Of a stretch of 64,000 nt of DNA, positions 46,436 through 58,503 are shown one piece after another; positions within the stretch are counted from its first letter, which is position 1, and the number at the start of each line of letters is the position of its first letter. This DNA is from Neophaeotheca triangularis (lineage: Eukaryota). The position numbers were made by a program, and so were the translations under genes. The stretch is taken from contig BAAIJX010000014.1 of NCBI GenBank assembly GCA_054600435.1, forward strand, positions 1-64,000, written 5' to 3'. The notes under the pieces were generated by a model. The model saw only the letters and a list, made by a program, of their open reading frames with translations. It was not told the origin of the DNA and searched no databases.

Positions 46436-47824
46436 ATGACTACCCCATCCTTCTCCTCCGAGATTCCCAAGCCCTTCGGCTCCACCGAGAAGCTGGCAAA
46501 GGACATCAACAAGGAATTCCAGATGCCCATTCCCGCTTTCGGAGACCTCAGCAAGGCTGCCAACGACGTGAGTGGAGACATGAGGAGACAATAAAGAAGA
46601 GGGAAGGGCGAGGAGGCTAATGCCGTGGGATACAGCTCATCAACAAGGACTTCTACCACGCCAGCCAAGGTGAGACGGCGCGCAACACCCAATGGCGCAT
46701 TAGAAAGAGCAAAGCGCTAACACATCCCGCACAGCCACCCTCGACGTTAAGCTGAAGGCGCCCAACGGCACCAACGTCAACGTCAAGGGCAAGCAGGGCT
46801 TTGACGGCGTGACCAGCGGCTCCGTATGTCCCCTTGTACAATAGCTACCCGCTTTTCTCAGCTCGGCAAGCTAACAAACACCACAGATCGAGGGCAAGCA
46901 CACCCTCAAGCCTCAGGGTACGGACTCCGATTCTCCCCCTTTCATATATTTCACACAGCGCGCGCAAAAGAAACCGTTCATACGGACAATCTCCTTCTTC
47001 ACCCGTATCCCCACAACACCCAACACCAGACTGTCTCTCGCAGCAGTCACCAGCCCAGAATCATACTACGACAGAATTGTGTTGACACTTCGCCATCGAT
47101 CAGGCATCACCCTCACCCAGGCGTGGACCACCGCCTCGCTCCTCGACAGCAAGGTCGAGCTCGCCGACGTTGTCGCACCCGGCGCCAAGGTTGAGCTCCA
47201 GAACCTGTGGAACCCAAGCAAGCCCAACAGCGCCGCGCAAAAGATCAACCTCGCTTTCAAGAACCCCAACGTCCACTCGCGTGCCTTCATCAACTACGGC
47301 ATGGCCAACGGCAACTTGGACGCCACCGTCGACGTGACTGCCGGCTCTGACGGCTTCTTGGTCGGTGGTGAGGCCGGATACGACGTCCAAAAGGCCGCCA
47401 TCACCCGCTACTCGCTTGGTGTCGGCTACCAGACTCCCAGCTACACCGCCAGCTTGGTCGGCCTCCAGAACCTCTCCATGATCAACGCCAGCTACTACCA
47501 GAAGGTCAACAGCACCGTCGAGGTTGGCACCAAGGTCGCCTACGACGTCCAGGGCAGCAGGCCCGCTGGTCTCGAGCTCGCCTCCAAGTACAAGCTCGAC
47601 CCCCTCAGCTTCGCCAAGGTCAGTGACAGGTCGGAACCGCCAGAGCAAGATCAGATGCTAACAACATACTCTAGGCCAAGATCAACGACAGCGGTATTGC
47701 CGCCCTCGCCTACAGCACCAAGCTCAACGCCGGTACCACCATCGGTCTCGGTCTGTCTCTCGACACTAAGAAGCTCAACGAGGCTGGCCACAAGGTCGGC
47801 ACCTCTCTCACTTTTGAGGGTTAA
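46436..47824 (+). CDS. POR1: Mitochondrial porin / VDAC; five introns
   Basis: Spliced 'PAFGDLSKAAND/LINKDFYH', 'GITLTQAW', 'ASYYQKVN', 'AK/AKINDSG' and C-terminal 'GHKVGTSLTFEG*'. Confidence 0.95.
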
Positions 47825-48041
47825 GCAGTTGATCAGCAGGCGGAGGAGATGACCTTTAGTTGTGGAGAAGTACACAGCCGGTCTTGCGAACCGTGCTTCT
47901 CCAAATTTGTCAAGATAGCTGTTGCGGTAGATTTGTATAATTGCATCAGAAAATCCGCCCTTCAAGATCTATACCTCCTTAACATGTATACGCCCAACTC
48001 CACGCTATGCATCTGTACAGGCCGAATCAGACACGTCATCT

Positions 48042-48995
48042 TCACTTCTCCCCCTCATCCTTCTTCCCCTTCCCCTTTCCACCCCCTCTCCCCTCAAACC
48101 CAAAAATCACCCCGCTAACCCCATAAATCACCCCCAAAACCCCCATCAACAACACAAAATTAAACCCCGCACTATTCCCACCTCCTTCGTACTCAAAATC
48201 CTCTTCCCTCCTAATCGTCGACCTCCGTCTCCCCTGCTGCCGCTTCCGCTCAATACTACTCTGCGTCTGAAAATGCCCACGCTGGTCAAAATGCGGCACA
48301 TCATTATCGAAGCCCGCCGTGAAGCCACCCGGCCCCGTCCCCGCCGTCTGCGATTGAAACTCCCGCTCGTTGTCCGCGCTATTCGCTCGCGACTCCCCGC
48401 GCGCTTCCGCCGTGTGCGAGCTCTTTTCGCTTTCCGCCCGGCGTCTACTGCCGTGTTGGCCCCAGCCGCCGCTGCGGTAGAACGACGGCGGCGGGCCGCG
48501 GTATTGCGTCCTGCGGCGGCTGAGCCCGCTCGCTGGTCTCCCGCCGGGCCCGCTCGACGCCGACGAGTACGAGCCCCCGCCGCGGCCGGCTGCGCTGCTG
48601 GGATCGGACGCGGCTTGTTGCGGTTGGATGACTTCGCGGTCGTATTTCGCCCGTTTTTCCGCTGAGCCCAGGGTTGCGTAGGCTTCGCTGATTTGGACGA
48701 ATTTCTCAGAGGCCGTCGGGTCGTTGGGGTGGAGGTCCGGGTGGTGCGTTTTGGATAGTGCGTAGAATTGCTTTTTGATCTCTTTGTCTGTCGCGGTTGG
48801 CGGGAGGGAGAGGGTTTGGTAGTGGGTTTGCTTGTTATCGGGCGCGAGGCGGGGGTGCGTGGTGTGGAATTGGCGGCGGAGAGGTGGAGGGCGTGGTCGT
48901 GTGGACGGCGGGATGGGAAGGAGGGTCGTGAGCGTGAGAGTGGTGAGAGGGCCGGCCTGCCGCGTCTGCAGGAGGCTGCATTGTCGCACGATCAT
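48042..48995 (-). CDS. Mitochondrial J-domain (DnaJ type III) protein with C-terminal TM
   Basis: Arg-rich presequence; 'HYQTL...IKKQFYALSKTHHPD...FVQISEAYATL'; hydrophobic segment near the C-terminus. Confidence 0.88.
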   Translation of the reverse strand: MIVRQCSLLQTRQAGPLTTLTLTTLLPIPPSTRPRPPPLRRQFHTTHPRLAPDNKQTHYQTLSLPPTATDKEIKKQFYALSKTHHPDLHPNDPTASEKFVQISEAYATLGSAEKRAKYDREVIQPQQAASDPSSAAGRGGGSYSSASSGPGGRPASGLSRRRTQYRGPPPSFYRSGGWGQHGSRRRAESEKSSHTAEARGESRANSADNEREFQSQTAGTGPGGFTAGFDNDVPHFDQRGHFQTQSSIERKRQQGRRRSTIRREEDFEYEGGGNSAGFNFVLLMGVLGVIYGVSGVIFGFEGRGGGKGKGKKDEGEK

Positions 48996-50192
48996 GCCTT
49001 TGCGGGGGCATTGGGTGGGTTTGTTGCTTTGGGGGAGCTTTCTGCGCGACGGAGCCGTGTCGCCTGCCTCTCGGAGAGGTGATATCTGGCACTGATCTTG
49101 CGGGAGGCCCGGGCGATGTTTGATAGGCCTCGATACGTCACTATCGCTCGGTTCCCGGCGCGATGGCGGATAGATCCTTTGGCATTAGCGTCTGTGGCTT
49201 CGCGCGTCTATCTGAACCACACTTCACGTTTGGGTCTTTTCCGGACAAACATCGAACCATCGATATCATGGTATTGTTACCGCAGACGTCCACGGCAGAT
49301 GACTTGACCATCGATACCACGCTAGATCTTGTCAGCTACAGAGTGAGCTAGCAAACAGAAATCCGTCGAATCTTCCCATCAGATCTGGCCCTGCTCGGTG
49401 AAACGCACAATTAAGCGTCGTAGAAAGCGCCGAAAAAGCTTTTAACCCAACGCACGACATGTGGACCGATGCCGTCAAGATAACCTCAAACTGCACCCGA
49501 GTCCGGTCGATCCTTTCGCCTACGTCCGTAAGGCTTGACTGTTCTTACTTCCAAGACCGATGCGCTCAGGTCCTGGGCACCGTGGTTTGTATCACGCACT
49601 GGAGTTTATTCGAAGAAAGTCGGGTAGACCTTAGACAAGCAATCGCTGGCACTTGGCCACCAACGGTCCCTGATCATGAGTCTCAAGGCGTCGCCAGGGA
49701 CTCCCGAGGTCGCCGAAATCAGACCGCGCGGCTCGGATATTCTGGTGTTGGTTTCCTGAGTTGAGCCCGTAAGTGACGAATGCTACCCCAGAGGAGATAG
49801 TGTAGCAATATGACTATTTGTGAGCCTCGAGAAGCTTGCTGTGGATGGCCATCAAGGTAAGGCACGGCTGAGCACTATACTGTCGATCGAGGAAGACTCC
49901 CGAGTTTATCATCCTATCGTTGAGCAGAAGCCAAAGCCTGCGTTTGCTAAAAACGGACATGATACGCACAACGGTGCACCACTGATATCGAGTGCATTGC
50001 GCCATTGCGTTCCGAGAATGCGTACTAAGTTACTAACAAGAGAACGTTACAGTAGTTGAACTCGGTACGTCCGTACAGTGGGTCGAAAATCAGCCTCTCA
50101 GTTTGTTTTTAATAAACGCAGACGGACTGCACATGCTAGCGTTTTGTTCTCAATCTCACCTCTTCTTGCCCTTCGCCGCCACTACCCACACA

Positions 50193-51803
50193 ATGAGCGC
50201 TATTGACGAACGAGACAGCCATGCAGGCAACAATACCTCGAGGGCGCCAACACTCGCAGACGATGCGTCTACAAATTCGAAACACGACTACAATAGCGTA
50301 AGCGACGACCCCATCGAAGACGCTTTCGAGCCGCCCCAGGACGAGGAGTCGGCCTCCGATGGCAACCATGGTCAAAATGCCAACGAGAAGCAAGAAGAGA
50401 CCAACATTGTCGATTGGGATGGACCGGACGATCCGGAGAACCCTCAGAACTGGCCACTCCCAAAGAAGCTCTGGATTACCGCGATTTGCGGTATGATGAC
50501 TTTTGTCGTCTCTTTTGGCTCATCCGTATTCTCCACAGCGACGAACGTCACAGCACGTGAGTTTGGCGTCAGCAGCGAGGTCATGATCCTCGGCGTCACG
50601 CTTTATGTAGTCGGATTCGCAGTTGGACCGCTCGCCTTCGGGCCGCTATCAGAGCTCTACGGCCGACAACGACCGCTCATGGCAGCACTGTTCTGCTTTC
50701 TGATCTTCCAAATCCCCGTCGCCGTCGCCCCGAACCTGGCCACCCTCTTCATCTGCCGCTTCCTCTCGGGCGCCTTCGGTAGCGCCCCGCTCGCCATCGT
50801 AGCAGGCATGTATGTCGATTTTTGGCCAAACACCCAGCGAGGCTACGCGACCCTCTTGTACGCAGGCGCCGTCTTCGCAGGCCCCACGGTCGGCCCAATA
50901 GTTGGCGAATTCACCGTCAAAAACGAGTCTCTCGGCTGGCGCTGGACCGCCTGGTTCACCATGATCATGGGCTCGTTCTTCTACTTGCTAGCCCTCCCCA
51001 CGGTGCCCGAGACTCTGCACACCGTACTTTTGACCCGCAAAGCCGCGCGCCAGCGTATCGCAACCCGCAACTGGGCTCTCCACAGCAAAGCAGAGGAAAT
51101 GGCCAGCGAGCTGCCCGCCCTACTCCGCAAATACGGACTCAAACCCATGCAAATGATCTATCGCGAGCCCATCCTCATCGCCATGACCGCCTATATGAGC
51201 CTCGTCTACGGCATCCTGTACCTAATCTTCTTCGCCCTACCTTACAGCTACCAACTCGACCGCGGCTGGACCCTGGGCGTCGCCTCCCTCCCCTTCATCG
51301 GCATCTTCATCGGCGTCGTGCTAGCCTGCGCGATGATGTCGCTAGAAATGCGCCTACGCTTCAACCCCAAAATGCTCAAGGCGCAGAAACTGCTCCCCGA
51401 GGAACGCCTGCCGAACATGATCGCGGGCTCCATCATCCTCGTCATCGGCCTCTTCTGGTTCGCGTGGACGTCCTTCCCAACCATCTCCTGGGTCCCGCAA
51501 GTCATCTCGGGCATCTTCGTCGGCTGCGGTATCATCATGGTCTTCATGCCGGCTATCATCTACCTCGTGGACGTCTACCTGTTTGACGCGAATAGCGCGA
51601 TTGCTGCCAACACTTTCGTGAGGAGTTTCATTGCCGCCGCTTTTCCCATGTTCGCCACGAGCTTATATGAGGGCTTGGGCGTGCAGTGGGCGACAAGTGT
51701 GCTGGCTTTTGCTTGTTTGGCGCTGACGCCGGCGCCGATATTGTTTTATGTTTATGGCAAGAGGATTAGAGGGTGGAGTACTTATGCTTATGATTTGGGC
51801 TGA
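50193..51803 (+). CDS. MFS drug:H+ antiporter (DHA1 family)
   Basis: 'VDWDGPDDPENPQNW', 'GPLSELYGR', 'GWRW', 'PET' and 'PEERL'; about 12 TM segments. Confidence 0.93.
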   Translation: MSAIDERDSHAGNNTSRAPTLADDASTNSKHDYNSVSDDPIEDAFEPPQDEESASDGNHGQNANEKQEETNIVDWDGPDDPENPQNWPLPKKLWITAICGMMTFVVSFGSSVFSTATNVTAREFGVSSEVMILGVTLYVVGFAVGPLAFGPLSELYGRQRPLMAALFCFLIFQIPVAVAPNLATLFICRFLSGAFGSAPLAIVAGMYVDFWPNTQRGYATLLYAGAVFAGPTVGPIVGEFTVKNESLGWRWTAWFTMIMGSFFYLLALPTVPETLHTVLLTRKAARQRIATRNWALHSKAEEMASELPALLRKYGLKPMQMIYREPILIAMTAYMSLVYGILYLIFFALPYSYQLDRGWTLGVASLPFIGIFIGVVLACAMMSLEMRLRFNPKMLKAQKLLPEERLPNMIAGSIILVIGLFWFAWTSFPTISWVPQVISGIFVGCGIIMVFMPAIIYLVDVYLFDANSAIAANTFVRSFIAAAFPMFATSLYEGLGVQWATSVLAFACLALTPAPILFYVYGKRIRGWSTYAYDLG

Positions 51804-52785
51804 TTGGTGGAAGGATTGGATGCTTGTTGGATATAGAGGAGTATAGATCATGGAAGATACCCTTGTTGTTTAGTTTCACGAATCGGTACAGAATTCATGC
51901 AGGAGTCTTCAATCGAGTGTACCTGGCGTAAAGAAGCAATCAAGCTATAGTCTCGAGGCGGCAAGGCGTACTAGCAGAGGTGCAATAGACCCCTTCATTT
52001 TTGTGCATATCGCTGCTGATTGGTGGACTAGAGCTCGCCTGGGCTAGAGGGTTCTCAACAATAAGCAAGGACAAGATGTTCCCGGCGGCGCAGCTCCAAG
52101 GTCGAGAGTGCTCTGCGAGGAGTCATCCCAACGAGTAGCCTCTTGCACTTCCAATACGCAAGCGGAACGCGTTGGTCGATATCTCGCGGGTCAAGTCTCC
52201 GTACCCAGCTCTAGCATCCCGTCTTTGCCAGGAGATCGCTCGGGTCTAGGTACTGCGAACGGACTTTCCTGGAGATGATGGTGCAAGATCAGGTCACGTC
52301 GAGAAGTTCGGGAGCGCGAGATACTCAAGTACGCAGTAAGCAATAATGTCTTGTTTTCTTTGACAACGGACAGGCCAGAAGGAATGGTCTGCAGAGCGGT
52401 GCTAGTATCTGTGATATGCTCAAGGAGGCGTTGGAAGTGGACATTTATTTCATTATTGGCTAGGTGGTTGGGTGCTGAGTCTAATAAAGAAGGTCTACCG
52501 AGTTCTTCTAGACCCTGCAGCATCGCAGACTGCCAAGGCTAAACTTACCCCTGGCGTGCCCTGGCTCTGGCGCTTCGACGACAACAACCTCTCCTTTAAC
52601 ATTCTCTCCAGCATTCTGTAACTAACCACTCGAGTATTTCCATACCACACTCTTTGAACAGCTTCATCACTCTTTCTGAAGCGCCACATTCCTTCCTTCA
52701 TCCTTTCATCCATCTCAAACAGTCAAAGATACCCACTACTCGAATCCCAAAACAACACTCCTAATACCACAAATACAACCTCAAC

Positions 52786-53619
52786 ATGTTCGCCAAATCC
52801 ACCACCTTCGTCGCCCTCTTCGCCGTCGCCGCGCGCGTCGCAGTCGCAGCGCCACCAGCATGCATGATCGCCGCTGTCAAGTACGCCTTATACCATATCT
52901 CGCGCAAATCGACCCAAAGACTAACGTGATTCCAGCACCTGCCCTAACCCCGGCGACATCGAGGAGGTTTGCAAGAGTGCGGACAAGGTCGAGAAGCACA
53001 TGAGCAACAACTGCGGCGAGCACGAGGAAGTCGCCGTAAAGCACTTCCGTGAGGTGTGCGACAAAGCTGGTGTGGAGCTCTGTGCGTTTATTCCCTGAGC
53101 GCGTTGAATACATATGCACAACATGACCCCTACTAACACAACACAGCCACTTCCACCTCGTCCTCCTCCGACGCCTCCAAGACCGCCTCTGCCTCTGCCT
53201 CCGGCACAGGCGCCGGCCAAGGCGCCGTTCGCATTCCCTCTACTGGCACCGCCTCCGGCCACGACTCCTACGCGACTTCTTCCGGCGCCATGGACTCCCT
53301 CACCGGCCTCGCAACCGCCACGGAGACTGCGTCCAACACGATGATGACGTTCACTCCTGGCGGCGCTTACACAGCCTCTTACGGCACCGGTAACAGCACC
53401 ATCGCGCCCACCGGCACTGCCGCCCCTACTAGCAGTACGGGCGGAGGCTCGGGCTCCGACTCCGATTCTGAGGATGCCGCCAATGATAGCGGTAACGTTC
53501 CCCCGGCCCCTACTGAGAGCAGCTCGAGCGAGGAATTTGAGGGTGCTGCTGCGAGATTCGGTATGGAGGCTGCTGGTGTCGTGGTCTTGGCTGTCTTCGG
53601 TGTTGTGATGCTTGTCTAA
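52786..53619 (+). CDS. GPI-anchored cell-wall protein with a Cys-containing N-terminal domain; two introns (about 52881-52935, 53081-53146)
   Basis: Signal peptide; 'PPACMIAAVN/TCPNPGD...C...C...C'; Ser/Thr-rich stalk; 'FEGAA' followed by a hydrophobic tail. Confidence 0.82.
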
Positions 53620-53978
53620 GAGCAAGGAAATTAGTGTGCACAGGGCGTTTGCAAGGATATTGGCGAAGAGTGGACAGGCTGGCGTTCTCACAGCGGGAGT
53701 TTTCTATTTGCACTGCGCTACGATGGCCGATGCTTTTGTTTCCGGAGATGGACGTTCTAATTTCTTTCTAGATTATCGAGGATTGGGTCGAGTATACCAG
53801 TGTACTATGTCCAGCTTTTGAGTACTTTGTCAAGGCTCGTGAGGTTCGAGAAGCAAGGAGCGAAGCTGTCTCGAAAGGTAGAAAGGAACTCATTCACTCA
53901 CAGGTTCGAGAGCTCTCAATAAAGAAGCAACAGCGACAGCACCTCCAAGACGATCAGCCGACTCAGCCCTACCACCAA

Positions 53979-54599
53979 TCAAACAATATTCTCAATAGCC
54001 ACGACCCCCTTGCCCTGACAAGCCACATGCTTCGGAACGCTCAACGACAACAATCCCGCCTCCAACCGCGCACTCACCGCCTCCAGCTCAACCTCCACGG
54101 GAAAAGTGAAAACCCGCTTAAACCCGCCAACCCTCCTCTCCGCAACCAAAAACTCCGGCCCCGTCTTCCCCTTGCCCTCCCCTCCCGAGCCATGAAACCG
54201 CCCCTCCTGCCGCTCCAACTCAGCCCCAAACTCCCCGCTCTCGTCCCCGGGCCGCCGCACTTCCCCCGTCAGCACAAGCCGCCCCGCGTTCTGCCATTGC
54301 AATCGCAACTCCGCCGTGTCTTTGACGCCGGGCACTTCGACGTCGATCAGGTAGTGCGTTTCCGTTTCGCGGAGATCGAGGTCCGGGGTGTTGGGGTGGG
54401 CTTGGGGGTCCGGGGGGCTGGTGAAGGGGAGGTGGAAGAGGGGCTGGTGTTGGTGGTGGCGGGGGTGGGGTTTGTTCACTAGGTGGGTGGGTGGGGTCTG
54501 TTGGAATTTGTTTGGTTAGTTTGCGGGTTTGGGAACAGGAGAGGGAGGAGGGACGATGGGTGGGCGTGCCATTATTGCGTCTGGGTAGTAGCCTGCCAT
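53979..54599 (-). CDS. Small heat-shock protein (Hsp20/alpha-crystallin); one 5' intron ending at 54498
   Basis: 'PDLDLRETETHYLIDVEVPGV' and 'ERRVGGFKRVFTFP...ARLEAGLLSLSVPK'. The 5' exon is inferred. Confidence 0.85.
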
Positions 54600-55352
54600 T
54601 GTGTAGTGGGAGGGAAGGTGGATTGGAGGAGAGTTTGTTGGTGGTTATGGGCATTATTCCATGCTGTCTCCGGCGTTGGGTGCTCGCTTAATATGCTTCT
54701 TGCGTCATTGCGACTGCGCTCGTACTGTGACTTGTCATGTCGGTTGGACGCTGATTTCCTCACGATACCGCATTGGCCGGTCGCCGTATTTCGGCGTGGT
54801 CGAAGTGGTCTTCGTCTGTGACGTTGCTTTCCCTGCAAGCGGCGAGCTCCGCGTGAAGCGAGTGGTGTGACTGACCGGACAAAACCTTCTCGGCGTTGCA
54901 GGAGGGCGACTTCGGACGGAGCGCATGCGAGAACGGTGTTGGGAATACCAGGACTGCGACCCGAACAAATGAATGATACAAGTGTTAGGATCACCTTCGT
55001 GCGAATTGATGATTGACAAAGGCTATGCTTGATCTTGGTCTCAGCAAGTCTGGCTTGTCGACCAGCTCCCCTATCGACAACGTATTGGAACACTAGCTCC
55101 TAACATCTGATCGGATACCTCTTCTCTCCACGTTGACACGGCAAGCTGAAGCTGCCGGGAGATGATAGGCAAGAAGATGATTCCACATTGTCGATCCACA
55201 ATACTCCCAGCGGTACATCTAAACCACCTAAACCGATACCTTGCAAAGCGCATCTACAAGTGAACATCTCCACCGTCCATCAAGCAGAAGATCTCAACCA
55301 TGCCAACCCAACCCACTCAAGTTCAGTCTCAGTCTCAGTCTCAGCCCCAGCC

Positions 55353-55739
55353 TCAGTCTCTCGACGACCCACCCTTGCATCCCTTGCATCCCCCACAGCC
55401 CTTCTCACCCCCTCTGCCACTCCCCGGTCCCTCCACCCACTCCACCTCAACCCTTGCGGTTCCCTCGGCACCCTCAGCCCGATCCTCACTCTCCCTCGGA
55501 ACAGCCTTCCCCTTCAGCATCTCAACAACCTTCTCCGCCTCATGCTGTCGAATGTAATAGCTTTCGCTAGCTTGCTCGCGATTGGTAAAAGCGTCGCCGC
55601 CGGAGCGGGGCGAGCCTGTGTCGCCTTCTGCGAAAACCCTGGGCGAGGAAGTGAAACAGCGGGCTGTGGGTGGTGGGGGTTTGAAAGCGAGTTGGGAGAG
55701 GGGGCGGACGAGAGGGCGGAGTTTGGTTTGTGGGGGCAT
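55353..55739 (-). CDS. Mitochondrial ATPase inhibitor (IF1)-like protein
   Basis: Presequence followed by 'EGDTGSPRSGGDAFTNREQASESYYIRQHEAEK'. Confidence 0.8.
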   Translation of the reverse strand: MPPQTKLRPLVRPLSQLAFKPPPPTARCFTSSPRVFAEGDTGSPRSGGDAFTNREQASESYYIRQHEAEKVVEMLKGKAVPRESEDRAEGAEGTARVEVEWVEGPGSGRGGEKGCGGCKGCKGGSSRD

Positions 55740-56321
55740 TGTGGGTTGGATAGTGGTTTTTGGTTTTCACGTGTTGGGTTGGGGGTTTTGGGCTGGGGCG
55801 TTGTAGAGTTTGTGAAAGAGGGGAGAGGGACGAGATCTGGGAAGAGAGCGTACTTGCTTGTGGTTTTACATAGGGTACTTGCATTGTTTCAGTGTGCACT
55901 TGATCTTACCGCGTCTGGCGAGGGAGATGTAGGAGTTTGCAGACATGTCGGCCCACTGGTGGCGTGATGGGCCGGGCATTTGTCTTGCTATCAGTCAGTA
56001 AATAAATGCCTGTCCCGCTCTTAGTATCTGTTCACTGACATGGCTCACTGGATGACGAGCGTTCTCTACGATGAACTCACTCTGCCGACAGCTGAGGACC
56101 TGACCTGAGCCTCCTGAGGTGCCTGAGGTCGTCCACGTCCCCAATCCTCTTTGAGCCAGCCCCGACTTCCCCACACGCCCCAATCGGGCCACCGGGTGCT
56201 CCCGCCAACTCCAGGTACCTGACAGCTACACCTCGAGCATAAGGTAAGGTACTACCACTACAACTTCTCCCCAACTTCCTCTCTAGCAATCCTCACTCAC
56301 CAGCGCCTCGTCCAACCCAGC

Positions 56322-57166
56322 ATGGCCTCAAGACTAGTCCTGGTCCTCGGCGACCTCTTCATCCCTGACCGCGCAATCGTACGTCCCGCATCCGAAGAAG
56401 CTGGGAAACAGCACGCCAGGCAAAGCAAGCACCTGAACTGACGGAACCGCCTCGAGGGCTAGGACATACCACAAAAGGTAGCACACCACCACTGCCCATA
56501 CCCACCTCCACCCACCCGCCCCTAACCACCACATCTCCCGCACAGTTCAAAAAACTCCTCACCCCCGGCAAAATCTCCCAAACCCTCTGCCTGGGCAACC
56601 TAACCAGCGGCTCCGCCCACGCCTTCCTGCGCTCCCTCTCCCCAGACCTGCAACTCGTCAAAGGCGACATGGACATCGCCCTCACCGGCCCGCAACAACA
56701 ACAACAACAGCAACAACAATCCGCCGCCTCCTCCTCCGACCCCACCCAACCCCCGCAACCCGCAACCGCGCAGTCCAAAGTCGTGACACACGGTTCTTTA
56801 CGCATAGGCTTCACGCACGGCGACAGCATCATCCCGCCCGCGGACCCCGACGCGCTCTTAATAGCCGCGAGGCAAATGGACGTGGACGTGCTGTGCTGGG
56901 GCGGGACGTGTAAGTTTGAGGCGTATGAGATGGAGGGGAAGTTTTTCGTGAATCCGGGTAGTGCGACGGGGGCTGTGAGTTGGGGCGAGGAGATTGATGG
57001 GGATGGGGAAGAGGGGGAGGAGGAGGGCAATGTGCCGAGTTTCGTGCTTATGGATGTGCAGGGTGGGGTTTTGGTGCTTTATGTTTATCAGTTGAGGAGG
57101 GATGGGGAGGGGAATGAGACGGTTGGGGTGGAGAAGGTTTCGTATCGGAAGGGGACGGCGGCTTGA
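56322..57166 (+). CDS. VPS29: Retromer subunit Vps29; introns 56379-56462, 56478-56545 (15-nt micro-exon)
   Basis: MASRLVLVLGDLFIPDRAI/DIPQK/FKKLLTPGKI..LCLGNL; 'FFVNPGSATGA'; 'PSFVLMDVQG'. Confidence 0.95.
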
Positions 57167-57553
57167 GTGAGCGGGGGGAGAGGGAGGTCTTGTGTTTGCG
57201 GTTGAGGACGTTGCTGGGACTTTTGCACAGGCGAAGAGCGTACGTACGGAGATGATCATGTTGCAGGATGATAATGCGGCATCGCCCGTGAAAAGGTCTG
57301 TTGCATCACGAAGCATGGTACGTCTAGCTGCTCGTCATACCCTCTTCACGGAGCAAGACGGCATACATTGGCAAGACGGGATTCAAGACGCTAAGAGCAA
57401 ATGAAACCCATGAAACGCACATTGCTCCTTTCAATAATCGGGCAGTACACGCCTAGACGCCTACGCTATGGTCTGTATCCTCATGATCCGTCAGTGCAGC
57501 AAGCCCACTCATAGTACAACCATCCATCATCAAAACCACTCTATCAGCTCTCC

Positions 57554-58503
57554 CTACGCACCACCAACAACATTAAGCACACCCCCATCCACCGTCAAAA
57601 TCTGGCCATTCACATACTCATTCCTCGCCAGAAACAACACAGCCATCCCCATCTCCTCCTCCTTCCCACCCCGCATAGCAGGCACGTGCCCCTTCTCCTG
57701 CACCTTATCATCCGGCAAAGCACTCTTCTGATTTTCATCAGAGCTCTTGGCCGTCATCTCACTGGGGAAATAGCCGGGAGCAATGGAATTGACTCTAATC
57801 CACGTCCGCTGGAACTCGGCGCTCATCAATTTGGTCAAGTGCACGGTAGCGGCCTTGGCGGCATTGTAACTGAAATGGCCCTGGGCGTGACGCATGAGGC
57901 CGGACATGGAGGAGGTGGTGATGACGGAAGGACCGTAGCGGTTCAAGGGGCCTTGAGGGGCGATGCCGGCTTGCAGCAGGGGCAGGAAAGCGACAGTGGT
58001 GAAGTAGACGCTGGAGACGTCGGTTTGGTAAGTGTCGTTCCACTCTTCCACGCTCTCGTTGTCCCAAAGGCGGGATTTGAGGTCGCTGGCGTCCGAGGGG
58101 TCGGGGGAGGCTTTGGGACCCGCGATGCCGGCGTTGCACATGAGGAGGTTGATGTAGGTTTCTTTGGTTGAGAGGTCGTCGACGAGGGCTTGGAGCTCCG
58201 ATTTCTTGTTGACGTCGCAGGGGCCGATGGGGATGATTTGGCCGCCGCGGTCGGTGTTGGGGTCGTGGGAGGCGGCCGCGTTTTCCAGGGCTTCTTTGCG
58301 GCGGCCGGTGATGTAGACTTTGGCGCCGTTGGCGGCCATGGCTTGTGAAGCCATGAGGCCAATGCCTGTTCCGCCGCCTGAGAGATTGAGAGGTTAGCCT
58401 GGAATAGTCGAGTCAAGGTGTTATTAAACATACCGGTCACCACGCAAACATAGTCCTTCATCGAGAAGAGCTTGTGAGCGTGGAATTGGTGAGTGTCCGC
58501 CAT
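57554..58503 (-). CDS. Short-chain dehydrogenase/reductase; intron 58378-58433
   Basis: Spliced 'VVTGGGTGIG', 'CNAGI', catalytic 'YNAAK' and 'RVNSIAPGYFPS'. Confidence 0.92.

Noticed and set aside
52191..52713. Two minus-strand ORFs possibly forming a spliced gene
   Set aside because: The putative joining intron would be only about 34 nt, there is no domain signal, and the region overlaps the promoter of the GPI-protein gene.
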